Of a DNA stretch of 64,000 bases, positions 16,997 through 26,395 are shown piece by piece. The notes below the pieces were generated by a model that ran no database searches, was not told where the DNA came from, and was given only the letters and a program-made list of their open reading frames with translations. Location: contig CAXBMO010000017.1 in NCBI GenBank assembly GCA_963977015.1, positions 80,719 through 144,718 of the forward strand, read 5' to 3'. Each line of letters begins with the position of its first letter. Position 1 is the first letter of the stretch. Both the position numbers and the translations under genes were made by a program. Source of the stretch: an uncultured bacterium. GTDB taxonomy: Bacteria; Verrucomicrobiota; Verrucomicrobiia; Verrucomicrobiales; DEV007.

Positions 16997-19528
16997 ATGG
17001 CCGACTTCCTTCATCCCCGTGTCGCAAAATGGGTCGAATCGCAATTTGGCGAGCTGACACCGGCCCAAGAGCAGTGCGTTCCGAAAATCATCCAAGGGGA
17101 ATCGACGCTTCTTTCCTCCCCTACCGGAACCGGAAAGACGCTGGCAGGTTTTTTGGGAGTTCTGGACCGGCTCTACCGCGAACAGGCGGAACAGCGCCTG
17201 CGCGTAAACCAAATCCGCGCCGTCTATATTTCGCCGCTTCGCGCCCTGACCTATGACATTCGCAAAAACCTTCAGATCCCCCTTGAGGGACTGGATCTGA
17301 CGGAAACGATTCGGGTCGCCTCCCGAACCGGCGACACGTCCCAGCACGAGCGCGCCAAACAACGGCGTCAGCCTCCCCACATTTTTCTAACGACGCCGGA
17401 GAGCCTGGCCATCGTCCTTTGCCAGAAACCGTATCGCGAGGCGCTTCGCTTCTGCGAAACCGTGATTATTGATGAGCTGCATGCGTTGGTTCCCAACAAA
17501 CGCGGAAGCCACCTCATGCTGTCCCTCGAGCGACTCGAGGAGCTGACGGAAAAGCCGCTCTGTCGCGTCGGACTTTCGGCGACCGTTGCGCCGCTGGAAT
17601 TGGTCGGGGATTTTCTGACCGGCGGAAGAGGATGCCATCTGATCGAACCTGAGTTTGAGCGAAAGAGCCTCGTCGAAGTGCTGACTCCGTTGCGCAAAAC
17701 GGCCTACCCTCCCAGCGGCTGGACGGGCTCCCGCGTGATTCGGGACATCGCGCAAATTGTGGAACGCAATCGCTCAACCATCATTTTCTGCAACACGCGT
17801 TCCAGCACGGAAAACATCACGATGCGCCTCAAGCAGGTGCTGCCGCATTGCGCCCATCAAATCGAGACCCACCACTCGAGTCTGGATCGGGACATGAGGC
17901 TGGAAACCGAGGATCGGCTCAAAGATGGCGAGCTGCGCGCCGTCGTTTGTTCAACCAGCCTCGAACTGGGAATCGATATCGGCTCCATCGACACCGTCAT
18001 CATGATGTCCACACCCAAAGGGGTTTCGCGGGCTCTGCAACGCATCGGCCGGAGCGGACATTCCATCAAGGAGATGAGTCACGGCGTCCTCGTCGCAACC
18101 AACATCAACGACCTGATCGAATGCGTGGTTTGTGCCGAAATGGTGAAGCGGAAGAAGCTCGATCCGGTTTCGCCATTGGAGAGCGGGTATGACGTGATTG
18201 CCCAGCACATCGTCGGCATGGCGATGGGCGACGGCATCACGAAGGAGGATGCGTGGACCATGATCAAACGAAGTTGGCCCTATCGAAACCTTGAACGCGC
18301 CGATTTCGAGCGAATCCTGCGTTACCTGGAAGGCGGGGGAGAAACGCTCGAGCAGCAATATCGCGACACGTTCGGCAAGATTGTCGAAAAAGACGGCGTT
18401 TTTGAGACTCCGAGTCGAAAGGTCGAACGCGATTACCTGGTCAACATCGGCACGATTGCCGCGGAAGGCATGGTCAGCGTATTATTGGGCCGCAAGCGGC
18501 TTGGCGGAGTTGAAGAAGGTTTCGTAAAGGGACTCAAGATCGGGGACATTTTCGTGATTGCCGGTCGCACCGTCAGATTGGAGCAGACCGGCATCATGGA
18601 AATTCACGTCACCGCCGCAGATGGACGGCAACCGACGGTACCCACGTGGAACGCCAACAAAATGCCGCTGGCTTCCGGACTGGCGCACGAAGTCACCCGG
18701 TTTCGCAGCGCGATGCACGACCGATTGAAGTCGGCAGACAACGAAGACGCGATTCTGGATTGGCTGGTCGAAACCTGGAACATCTCCACGCTGAACGCCG
18801 AAGCCGTTTTGGAGCATTTTCAGAATCAAAACAAACTTTCCGAGATCCCCAGAGAAGACTTCTTTCTCATCGAACAATTCGTTGATGCGCAAAAGGATCC
18901 GGATCGGGTTCACTTCTTCTTCCACTCGCTCATCGGCCGCGCCGCCAACGATGCCCTGTCCAGAATCGTCGCCTACCGGCTGAAAAAAGCCGCCGGAGGA
19001 AACGCCATGGTCACGATCGATGACTACGGTTTCCTCTTGAGCGTCCGCTCCTTCCAAACCCTGGAACTCGAAGCCTGGCGCGAACTCTTTCAGCCCGAAA
19101 ACGCGGAAAAAGATCTTCGCGAAGCGCTGCAGACTTCGGAACTCGTGAAGTGGAATTTTCGCGGCGTCGCCCAGACCGGTCTCATGGTCCCGAGAAACAT
19201 CCCGGGTCAGGAACGGCGCATCAAACAACTCCGCTGGAGTGCGGAAATCCTCTTTCGGGTCCTCCACGAGCACGAACCTGAACACCCGCTGATTGAGCAA
19301 GCCGTCCAGGAAGCGCTACACACGTTTCTCGACACGAACCGCGCCTGTGAATTCCTCTCCCAAGCTCAGAAGTATACTTGGAAACAGATTGAAGTTCCGG
19401 CAGTGACTCCGTTCAGCTTCGGGATCCATGTCAGCGGCATTCGCGAAGGAATGATGTTGGAAGATCCGGATGAAGCGATCGAGCGCTTGTTCCATCAGAT
19501 GAATCAGAAGATCTCTGAACTCAGCTGA
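16997..19528 (+). CDS. lhr: ATP-dependent SF2 helicase, Lhr-core type
   Basis: SPTGTGKT, YISPLRAL, TTPESL, IIDELH, GLSAT, HHSSL, STSLELGIDIG, QRIGRSGH and NIGTI motifs; 843 aa (core length). Confidence 0.92.
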   Translation: MADFLHPRVAKWVESQFGELTPAQEQCVPKIIQGESTLLSSPTGTGKTLAGFLGVLDRLYREQAEQRLRVNQIRAVYISPLRALTYDIRKNLQIPLEGLDLTETIRVASRTGDTSQHERAKQRRQPPHIFLTTPESLAIVLCQKPYREALRFCETVIIDELHALVPNKRGSHLMLSLERLEELTEKPLCRVGLSATVAPLELVGDFLTGGRGCHLIEPEFERKSLVEVLTPLRKTAYPPSGWTGSRVIRDIAQIVERNRSTIIFCNTRSSTENITMRLKQVLPHCAHQIETHHSSLDRDMRLETEDRLKDGELRAVVCSTSLELGIDIGSIDTVIMMSTPKGVSRALQRIGRSGHSIKEMSHGVLVATNINDLIECVVCAEMVKRKKLDPVSPLESGYDVIAQHIVGMAMGDGITKEDAWTMIKRSWPYRNLERADFERILRYLEGGGETLEQQYRDTFGKIVEKDGVFETPSRKVERDYLVNIGTIAAEGMVSVLLGRKRLGGVEEGFVKGLKIGDIFVIAGRTVRLEQTGIMEIHVTAADGRQPTVPTWNANKMPLASGLAHEVTRFRSAMHDRLKSADNEDAILDWLVETWNISTLNAEAVLEHFQNQNKLSEIPREDFFLIEQFVDAQKDPDRVHFFFHSLIGRAANDALSRIVAYRLKKAAGGNAMVTIDDYGFLLSVRSFQTLELEAWRELFQPENAEKDLREALQTSELVKWNFRGVAQTGLMVPRNIPGQERRIKQLRWSAEILFRVLHEHEPEHPLIEQAVQEALHTFLDTNRACEFLSQAQKYTWKQIEVPAVTPFSFGIHVSGIREGMMLEDPDEAIERLFHQMNQKISELS

Positions 19529-19543
19529 TCGCGGAAAGACTCT

Positions 19544-20956
19544 CTAATATGCCCGGCTCGATGGCCAAACCGTCTCGCGAAGCGTCATCATAATGATCTT
19601 CAGATCCAGCCATGGCGTCCAGCTGCGGATGTATTCGATGTCCCAGCGCACACGATTCAAAAGGTCAGCAGGCTGCTTAATTTCCCCGCGGCAACCGTTC
19701 ACTTGAGCCAGGCCAGTAATGCCAGGCTTCGTGAACTGTCGGACCGGGTAATTCTTGGCCACCTCCTTGAACGACTCATCGTGGCTGATGTAGTGAGGGC
19801 GAGGCCCTACCACACTCATGTGACCGAGCAGCACATTGATGAACTGTGGCAACTCATCGATGCTCACCTTGCGGAGAAAACCTCCACCAGGAAACAGTCG
19901 CACATCATTTTTGGTAGCCTGCACCCCATCCTGATCGTGAGCGACCGTCATCGTCCGGAACTTGAAGATTTGGAAACGCTTTCCATCCTTCCCGACGCGT
20001 TCCTGCCGATAGAACAACGGACCAGGAGAATACATGCGATGGATCGTAAAGACGAGCAGTGACGCGAGCGGCATCGTGACCGCCAAGGCGAACAAGCTCA
20101 CGGCAATATCAAGCCCTCGCTTCAACAGCTGGTTGACCGGATCTTCCAACGGCTCTGGAATCGAAACGTAGAAATTGTTTCCACCGAATTGGTAGAATGC
20201 ATAGTTTTCGCCCAATCGGTCGCGAACCCCGTCTACGACCACAAAGCGGATGGAGCGATACTCGCAATACTTGGCCAGCGAATCGAATACATCGTCAAAC
20301 TCATGGTAATTGACGACTGCCAAGCCACTCACTTTGGCTTCGTCACAAATGGATTCGATATCTTCCAGGGAACCGAGGCATGGCACAACGCCGTCTTTGC
20401 TGGGTTCCCCATTCCCGATTTCGATGTAACCCGCCAAATCAATTCCCAGGAACTCTCCGTTGGCTACCCGCTGGGCGAAATTGTCAGCGTCCGCCTGGTT
20501 GGCGACCAACAAAATGGACTGCACCTCCTTGTTTGTTTTCGAGATGCAAAAGTTCGCGAGGTAGGGAAGAAACCGAAAGTTGGAAATTGCGATCAATCCT
20601 GAAAACAGAGCACCGAAGACGAGAAGGTAACTCCGGGAGAGCATCGTCTCCTTGAGCAGGAACATCGCTCCCAGCAATGCCAGGAATGGAAAAACGACCT
20701 GCCGGCGGCTCAGGACCGCCATCATGCGAGCAGGCATGCAGTAGACGTTTTGGAGCCGGATTGGTCGAGTCAGAAACTCAACAACCATCACAGCTACAAA
20801 AAGCACCATGTAACTGAGGTATTTCGTGTACGCGAATCCTTCGTAATGAATCCACGGTCGCAAAATCGCGAAGGTGATCAGCATAAGCGTCATCGCCATC
20901 ATGATTTGCAGAATTACCAGCATTCTGGCGAGGCCCAAAGGTCGTTCCAACAACAT
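19544..20956 (-). CDS. Polyprenyl glycosylphosphotransferase (WcaJ/undecaprenyl-phosphate sugar transferase family)
   Basis: Four N-terminal TMs, CoA-binding-like domain, KRGLDI, FKFRTM, SIDELPQFINVLLGHMSVVGPRP, KPGITGLAQV. Confidence 0.92.
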   Translation of the reverse strand: MLLERPLGLARMLVILQIMMAMTLMLITFAILRPWIHYEGFAYTKYLSYMVLFVAVMVVEFLTRPIRLQNVYCMPARMMAVLSRRQVVFPFLALLGAMFLLKETMLSRSYLLVFGALFSGLIAISNFRFLPYLANFCISKTNKEVQSILLVANQADADNFAQRVANGEFLGIDLAGYIEIGNGEPSKDGVVPCLGSLEDIESICDEAKVSGLAVVNYHEFDDVFDSLAKYCEYRSIRFVVVDGVRDRLGENYAFYQFGGNNFYVSIPEPLEDPVNQLLKRGLDIAVSLFALAVTMPLASLLVFTIHRMYSPGPLFYRQERVGKDGKRFQIFKFRTMTVAHDQDGVQATKNDVRLFPGGGFLRKVSIDELPQFINVLLGHMSVVGPRPHYISHDESFKEVAKNYPVRQFTKPGITGLAQVNGCRGEIKQPADLLNRVRWDIEYIRSWTPWLDLKIIMMTLRETVWPSSRAY

Positions 20957-21049
20957 AATTGCTTAGTTTTTAGGTTAGGTTCACAACCCAGAAAGACGAC
21001 ATCGAGGGGAGGAAGTGCTCTTCCTGCTATTCGCAACAGCGTCAATCTG

Positions 21050-21476
21050 GCTCCAAATGACTAAGATCTGTAAATACCATATCTACTCTGATCTCAGTCC
21101 TGAGTTATTATAGTAATATCCGCAAATCTGCAACTCAGTTTTTGAATTTTTGTAATTTCACAACAGGGAATTACTACCGTATTTGATTCTTTTATTACAT
21201 TTTTGACACAAAAAGGACATTATTGTCATTTTTTAGACACTTTCCGGTATACCTGTAGCTTTTCGCCATTACCGCGAACGATCAGATTTACCCATTCAAT
21301 TGGATTCCAGAAAATAGACTCGGCGTCTGCCTCTCTGAAAAACCTCCACTCGCCTCCAAGATGAGTGCGTTTCCGTAAATCGAAATTCCTCCAATCCCTG
21401 CAAAAATAGTTAAGACATTTTAAGAACCTTCCTTTGACAGTGGAAGGGATGAAGGTTCAAGAGTTACTGCTTACCC
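21050..21476. promoter_or_regulatory. AT-rich divergent promoter region (sugar transferase / gsp operon)
   Basis: 520-bp divergent intergenic gap, markedly AT-rich. TTGACA at 21434-21439 is preceded by TTAAGA direct repeats at 21410 and 21420. No clean -10 identified. Confidence 0.5.
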
Positions 21477-23210
21477 ATGAGATCGGCCATTCTCCAGATC
21501 CTCAGTGATAGTGGTTGCACGGACGTGAACAAAGTTCGCGACTTGGCTCGCACGTCCTCTCAGGGCCTTTCTTCGCTGAACGAGTCCATCCTTTCGGCTG
21601 ATCTGGTGGAGGAGGAAAATTTCCTGGAGAAGGTGAGCCACCACTTCAAGATGGATTGGCTACCGGAGCCAGAGCCGGATCTCGATCAACGAAAAGCCCT
21701 TCAAAAGGCCTGCAAAGCCGGGGTGGTCGTTCGACACCGCATTCTTCCAATCCGATTTGAGGGGGATCCTGACGATTCCTCCGCCAAACTCATCATCGCA
21801 ACGTCCGATCCTTTCGATGTGGTAACCCGCCAGATGGCGACGCGAGAGTTTGCCTATCCCCTGCGCTGGGTGTTGGCGCCGCAAAAAAGAGTCCTGGAAG
21901 GAATCCAGGCGCTTTATGGCGTTGGGGCCGATACCTTCGAAGCCATTCTGGAGGGAAGAAGCGATTTTGACTCCAATTCTGATCTCAAAGAGGAAACCAC
22001 GGACCTCGATGAGAACGATGCCGAGGCTTCGGTCGTCCGATTTGTGAACGACATCATTCGTGATGCCCTGAACCAGCGCTCGACGGACATCCATTTGGAG
22101 CCGTTGAGCCATGACTTGAGAATTCGCTACCGAATTGACGGAGTTCTTCAGGAAGTTCCGGTTCCGGAGCAAATCAAGACGCTTCAGTCTTCCGTCATTT
22201 CCCGGCTCAAGGTCATGGCTCGCCTGGATATTGCCGAGAAGCGAAAACCACAGGACGGCCGGATCGCGTTGCAACTCGACGGCAGATCGATCGACGTCCG
22301 GGTCGCCACCATCCCATCCGTAGAAGGGGAAAGCATCAGCCTCCGATTGTTGGGACAGGAATCCTTCAGCCTGGATCGACTGGGATTGATCGAGGCTCAC
22401 CAGAAAACGATCGACCAGTTGCTGAAAGAGCCAAACGGCATCGTTTTGGTGACGGGACCAACGGGTTCGGGAAAATCGACAACGCTTTATACGTTCCTAT
22501 CAGCTCTCAATGATGGCAGTCATCGTATTGTCACGGTGGAGGACCCGGTTGAGCACAAGTTGCCGGGAGTCATCCAGATCGCCGTGAAGCCGGACATCGA
22601 CCTGACTTTTGCCGCCGGATTGCGAAGCATTTTGCGGGCAGACCCGAACGTCATCATGGTGGGGGAGATTCGCGACCTCGAAACGGCGGAAATCGCGATT
22701 CGATCCGCACTGACCGGTCACCTGGTTTTCAGCACGCTTCACACCAACGACGCCATCGGCGGAATTACCCGCCTCGTTGATATGGGCGTTGAGCCTTTCC
22801 TCGTCGGAGCATCAGTCCGCGCCTTCATCGGCCAGCGTTTGGTCCGCCGCCTCTGCCCGGATTGCCGGGTTCCCGCCAATTATTCGACCCCTGAACTTGA
22901 TACCGTGGAGTTTCCGTCAAATCTGCGGACGGACGGGAATCTGCACACGGCCAAGCCCGGCGGGTGCAAGTCCTGCCGTGGAACGGGTTACCGTGGGCGC
23001 ATCGCTATTTTCGAGATTTGCCGGATATCCGAAGCCCTCCAAGATCTGATCGTCGGGCAAAAACCGTATGCCTCACTCCGTCGGCAAGCCGAGGCGGAGG
23101 GATTCATTTCGATGCGCCAGTATGGCTGGATGAAAGTCGCGGAAGGCGAAACCACGTTGGAAGAGGTTGTGAGCGCGACTGCGGACGAACGAAACGCCGG
23201 TCCCAAGTAG
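21477..23210 (+). CDS. gspE: Type II secretion ATPase GspE/PilB family
   Basis: TDIHLEP, PQDGRI, GPTGSGKSTT, TVEDPVE, LRADPNVIMVGEIRD, LHTN, CPDC..CKSC. Confidence 0.95.
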   Translation: MRSAILQILSDSGCTDVNKVRDLARTSSQGLSSLNESILSADLVEEENFLEKVSHHFKMDWLPEPEPDLDQRKALQKACKAGVVVRHRILPIRFEGDPDDSSAKLIIATSDPFDVVTRQMATREFAYPLRWVLAPQKRVLEGIQALYGVGADTFEAILEGRSDFDSNSDLKEETTDLDENDAEASVVRFVNDIIRDALNQRSTDIHLEPLSHDLRIRYRIDGVLQEVPVPEQIKTLQSSVISRLKVMARLDIAEKRKPQDGRIALQLDGRSIDVRVATIPSVEGESISLRLLGQESFSLDRLGLIEAHQKTIDQLLKEPNGIVLVTGPTGSGKSTTLYTFLSALNDGSHRIVTVEDPVEHKLPGVIQIAVKPDIDLTFAAGLRSILRADPNVIMVGEIRDLETAEIAIRSALTGHLVFSTLHTNDAIGGITRLVDMGVEPFLVGASVRAFIGQRLVRRLCPDCRVPANYSTPELDTVEFPSNLRTDGNLHTAKPGGCKSCRGTGYRGRIAIFEICRISEALQDLIVGQKPYASLRRQAEAEGFISMRQYGWMKVAEGETTLEEVVSATADERNAGPK

Positions 23211-23211
23211 A

Positions 23212-24438
23212 ATGCCCCAGTTTTACTACGAAGCGATTCAACCGGATGGGAGCAAGGTCAAAGGAACGGCCGAAGCTTCCAATCGCGGTGAGGCAATGCA
23301 GTCTCTCAATGCGCAGGGACTTCAACCGTTCGTTCTCAAGGACAGTCAGGCGAAGCCGGGAACCTCGACTCCCACTTCCGATAACGGGGGACAGATTCGA
23401 CTTCGCAATCGCGACGTCATTGAATTCACCGAGGAACTTGGCGATCTGCTTCACGCTGGCCTGCAATTGGAACCGGCTTTGGGGGCAATGGCGGAACGCG
23501 ATGACCAATCCGCGCTCAAACGGGTGATTGATCGCAGTGTCGAATCGCTTCGCGAAGGCTTGAGCTTTTCCGAGGCTCTCAGCAAGGCGTCGCCGAGTTT
23601 CGGCCCGATGTATTGCTCGCTGGCTCAGGCCGGGGAAGTCAGTGGCTCGCTGCCGAAGATTCTGCGCCGCCAGGGCGAACATCTCAAAGTGATTCAGGAA
23701 TTGCGATCCAAGGTCGTTACCTCCCTCACCTATCCGGCATTTCTTCTGATTTCGGGAATCGCGCTCTGCATTCTCTTCATGACGTATTTGATTCCGCGGC
23801 TCGCCGAGATGTTGGACCGAAGTGGAGCCAAGCTTCCACCTCTCGCCTCGGCGCTCATCGCCATCAGCAACTTCATTCGTGAAGACGGACTCTTGGTCCT
23901 CGGAATTCTTGCTGTTGTCGGCGTGGTTGGCTGGCGCCTCCTCTCGTCCAAGGCATTTCGTCCCCACTGGGATCGAATTCAGCTAAAGCTGCCGTTCGTC
24001 GGCCCATTGCTCACCATCTACTTTCAGGTTCGCTTTCTTGAGACCATGGCCAATCTGCTGCAGAACGGAATTCCGCTTCTCAGAGCCTTGGAGTTGGTGC
24101 AGAACTCCTCCCAAAACCTCTTCATCCGGGAGAAACTCGCCAAAACCGTTGATCAAGTGACCGATGGAATGAGTCTGTCGCGCTCGCTCCAGCAATCCGA
24201 GTCATTTCCCAGACAATTGACGGACATGCTTCGAATTGGTGAGCAATCCGGGCAGCTTGGAGAAAAGCTGAGTCGAATCGCCGAAAAGTACGACCGGGAA
24301 TTCTCGCAGAGGATCGCAAATATCAGTGCACTAATTCAACCTGTTATTATATTAATGATGGCAGTACTTGTAGGAACCATGGCTTATGTCATGATTTCTG
24401 TAATATACGACACCGTCTCGACCCTGCGTTCGCGATAA
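23212..24438 (+). CDS. gspF: Type II secretion inner membrane platform protein GspF
   Basis: MPQFYYEA start, AGEVSGSL, LTYP, IGEQSGQL, LIQP; three TMs. Confidence 0.93.
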   Translation: MPQFYYEAIQPDGSKVKGTAEASNRGEAMQSLNAQGLQPFVLKDSQAKPGTSTPTSDNGGQIRLRNRDVIEFTEELGDLLHAGLQLEPALGAMAERDDQSALKRVIDRSVESLREGLSFSEALSKASPSFGPMYCSLAQAGEVSGSLPKILRRQGEHLKVIQELRSKVVTSLTYPAFLLISGIALCILFMTYLIPRLAEMLDRSGAKLPPLASALIAISNFIREDGLLVLGILAVVGVVGWRLLSSKAFRPHWDRIQLKLPFVGPLLTIYFQVRFLETMANLLQNGIPLLRALELVQNSSQNLFIREKLAKTVDQVTDGMSLSRSLQQSESFPRQLTDMLRIGEQSGQLGEKLSRIAEKYDREFSQRIANISALIQPVIILMMAVLVGTMAYVMISVIYDTVSTLRSR

Positions 24439-24468
24439 CGATTTCAACTCTGATCCCTATCATTCCGG

Positions 24469-24906
24469 ATGAAAACTTCAATCAATCCCCCCTCAAGTAA
24501 CACCCAGTCAGCCATGACACTGATGGAGATGATGCTGGTTCTGGCGATCATTGCGCTCCTTCTGGGATTGGGTGCCTTCAAGATGAAGAACGTTCTCTCT
24601 GATGCTGACGTGACCGGTGCAAGCGCCGACGTCGAGAACATTGAGACCAATCTGGTCCGCTACAAGGCCAAGGCGATGTTCTATCCTACCGAAGAACAGG
24701 GGCTCATTGCATTGGTTGAGCCTCCCACCAGCGGGCCGAAGCCAAGGACCTGGACGCAATGCCTCGAAAAGGAGGCCCTCATTGATCCCTGGGGAAATCC
24801 CTATCAATATCATTATCCTGGGCGAAAGAACTCAGACAGCTATGACGTCTACTCGATGGGACCAGACGGGAATCCAGGCACCGAAGACGATATTGGGAAC
24901 TGGTAG
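24469..24906 (+). CDS. gspG: Major pseudopilin GspG
   Basis: A|MTLME prepilin motif, YPTEEQGLIALV, DPWGNPYQY, YSMGPDGNPGTEDDIGNW. Confidence 0.95.
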   Translation: MKTSINPPSSNTQSAMTLMEMMLVLAIIALLLGLGAFKMKNVLSDADVTGASADVENIETNLVRYKAKAMFYPTEEQGLIALVEPPTSGPKPRTWTQCLEKEALIDPWGNPYQYHYPGRKNSDSYDVYSMGPDGNPGTEDDIGNW

Positions 24907-25351
24907 TCAGCCGCGCCAACCGGCCGCGTTTACGCTGCTGGAGGTCGTCATCGTCATCTCGATTATGATGGTGTTGATCGGAATTGCCGCAGTCAGCTTC
25001 CGGGGCCTCGACCAAGAGCAGGTTCTCACTCGTTATGCCGTCGATATTCAGGACCTGGCAGGCCAGGCGCGACGCACCGCAATCTCAGAAGGTAACCCGG
25101 TTTTTTTGCAGGTTGGAACCAGCGCCGTTCGCGCTCGGGACTACCAACTTCCATTTGCCGATTGCACCCTGGAGGTTCGCCGCTGGGGGAGCACCAAGTG
25201 GGTCTCTCCCGCCAATTTTGCGTGGCGGTTTGAGCCCAACGGCGTTTGCGAGCCCATTGGACTGCGAGTGATCCGAGGCGACGCTTCTTACGAAATGCAG
25301 TTTCATCCGCTCACCGCGATGCCGCAGGAAGAACGATTATGGATTCCGTAA
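24893..25351 (+). CDS. gspH: Minor pseudopilin (GspH-like)
   Basis: A|FTLLEVVIVISI, ARRTAISEG, FEPNG. Probable TTG at 24893 overlapping the end of gspG (track starts at 24617). Confidence 0.75.
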   Translation: MGTGSQPRQPAAFTLLEVVIVISIMMVLIGIAAVSFRGLDQEQVLTRYAVDIQDLAGQARRTAISEGNPVFLQVGTSAVRARDYQLPFADCTLEVRRWGSTKWVSPANFAWRFEPNGVCEPIGLRVIRGDASYEMQFHPLTAMPQEERLWIP

Positions 25352-25758
25352 GCCCCAACCTTCGCCGTTCCCGGAATACCGGCGTCGCCTTGCTGGAAGC
25401 GATGCTGGCGTTGGCCGTTTTTGGGCTCGTCACGGTTTCCCTGGTCGGGGCCCTTCGCAGCATGAGTCTTTTGACGATCGAATCCGCGCAGGAAGCTCAC
25501 GCGGTTCAAGCAATGCGAACCCTGATGGAGCAACAACTGCATTCCCAGGAAGTTGAGCCGGGCGTGACGCGAATCGGGCCTGATGAGTTGGGAGTGAGCT
25601 ATCAGGTCAACATCAATCCTGAAGTCTCAATCATCGATGGGAATGGCATTGCGCTTCCAGATCTCTACCAAATTGAAGTGATTGCGGCCTGGAAAGAAGG
25701 AGACCGAACCCAATCTCGCCGCGCTGAAACCCTCAAGAATGCCCTGCTCTATCCATAG
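25339..25758 (+). CDS. gspI: Minor pseudopilin (GspI-like)
   Basis: RRSRNTG|VALLEAMLALAVF; LYQIEVIAAW. ATG at 25339; operon position. Confidence 0.72.
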   Translation: MDSVSPNLRRSRNTGVALLEAMLALAVFGLVTVSLVGALRSMSLLTIESAQEAHAVQAMRTLMEQQLHSQEVEPGVTRIGPDELGVSYQVNINPEVSIIDGNGIALPDLYQIEVIAAWKEGDRTQSRRAETLKNALLYP

Positions 25759-26395
25759 ATCGAATCAGTCCGGATTTACCCTGATTGAAATTTCTCTGGC
25801 GGTCGCCATCACCGGGATTTTGCTGGCCGGCGTCTATCAGGTTGCGCGGACGACCTTTGAACTGAGCAGTGACGTCAAACAGGTTCAGGCGCTCGAAACC
25901 ACGCGGACGGCGTTCGTCGATTTTGTTCGTCGCGAGCTTCGGCATTTGCCGGCGGAAGCAGGCCTCACCCATCAGGTGGAACTCAACGATGACAAGGCCT
26001 TCTCCGCTTTAACCGTCGAAGGCGCACCCACGGCGTTTGGATTTGGAGCCGCAGCCGGGTTCAAGCGGATTGAACTCGTTTCCGAACCCGAATTGGGAGG
26101 AACGCTCCGGGTCCTGCTTCGCTACCATCAAGAGGATTTGCTCAACCCGCTGGAGCTCCCGCTTCTCCAGAATCTGACCACGTTTGAGTGGCAATTCTAT
26201 GATTCCAGCCTCGGTGAATGGTCACCCATCTGGATCAATCCCGGTCGCCGCCCAAGTCAGATCGAGCTGTTGCTCGGTTTCAGCGGTGAAGCTCCCCGTC
26301 GCTACGTATTCTGGAGCCCACAGATAATTCCGCCACAGCTGTTGCTCGATTTGCGCGATACGACCCCACCTCAAGAAGAGGAGGAACAACCATGA
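25739..26395 (+). CDS. gspJ: Minor pseudopilin (GspJ-like)
   Basis: G|FTLIEISLAVAI; FEWQFYD..W..W..RRPSQIEL typical GspJ C-terminus. ATG at 25739. Confidence 0.8.
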   Translation: MPCSIHRSNQSGFTLIEISLAVAITGILLAGVYQVARTTFELSSDVKQVQALETTRTAFVDFVRRELRHLPAEAGLTHQVELNDDKAFSALTVEGAPTAFGFGAAAGFKRIELVSEPELGGTLRVLLRYHQEDLLNPLELPLLQNLTTFEWQFYDSSLGEWSPIWINPGRRPSQIELLLGFSGEAPRRYVFWSPQIIPPQLLLDLRDTTPPQEEEEQP

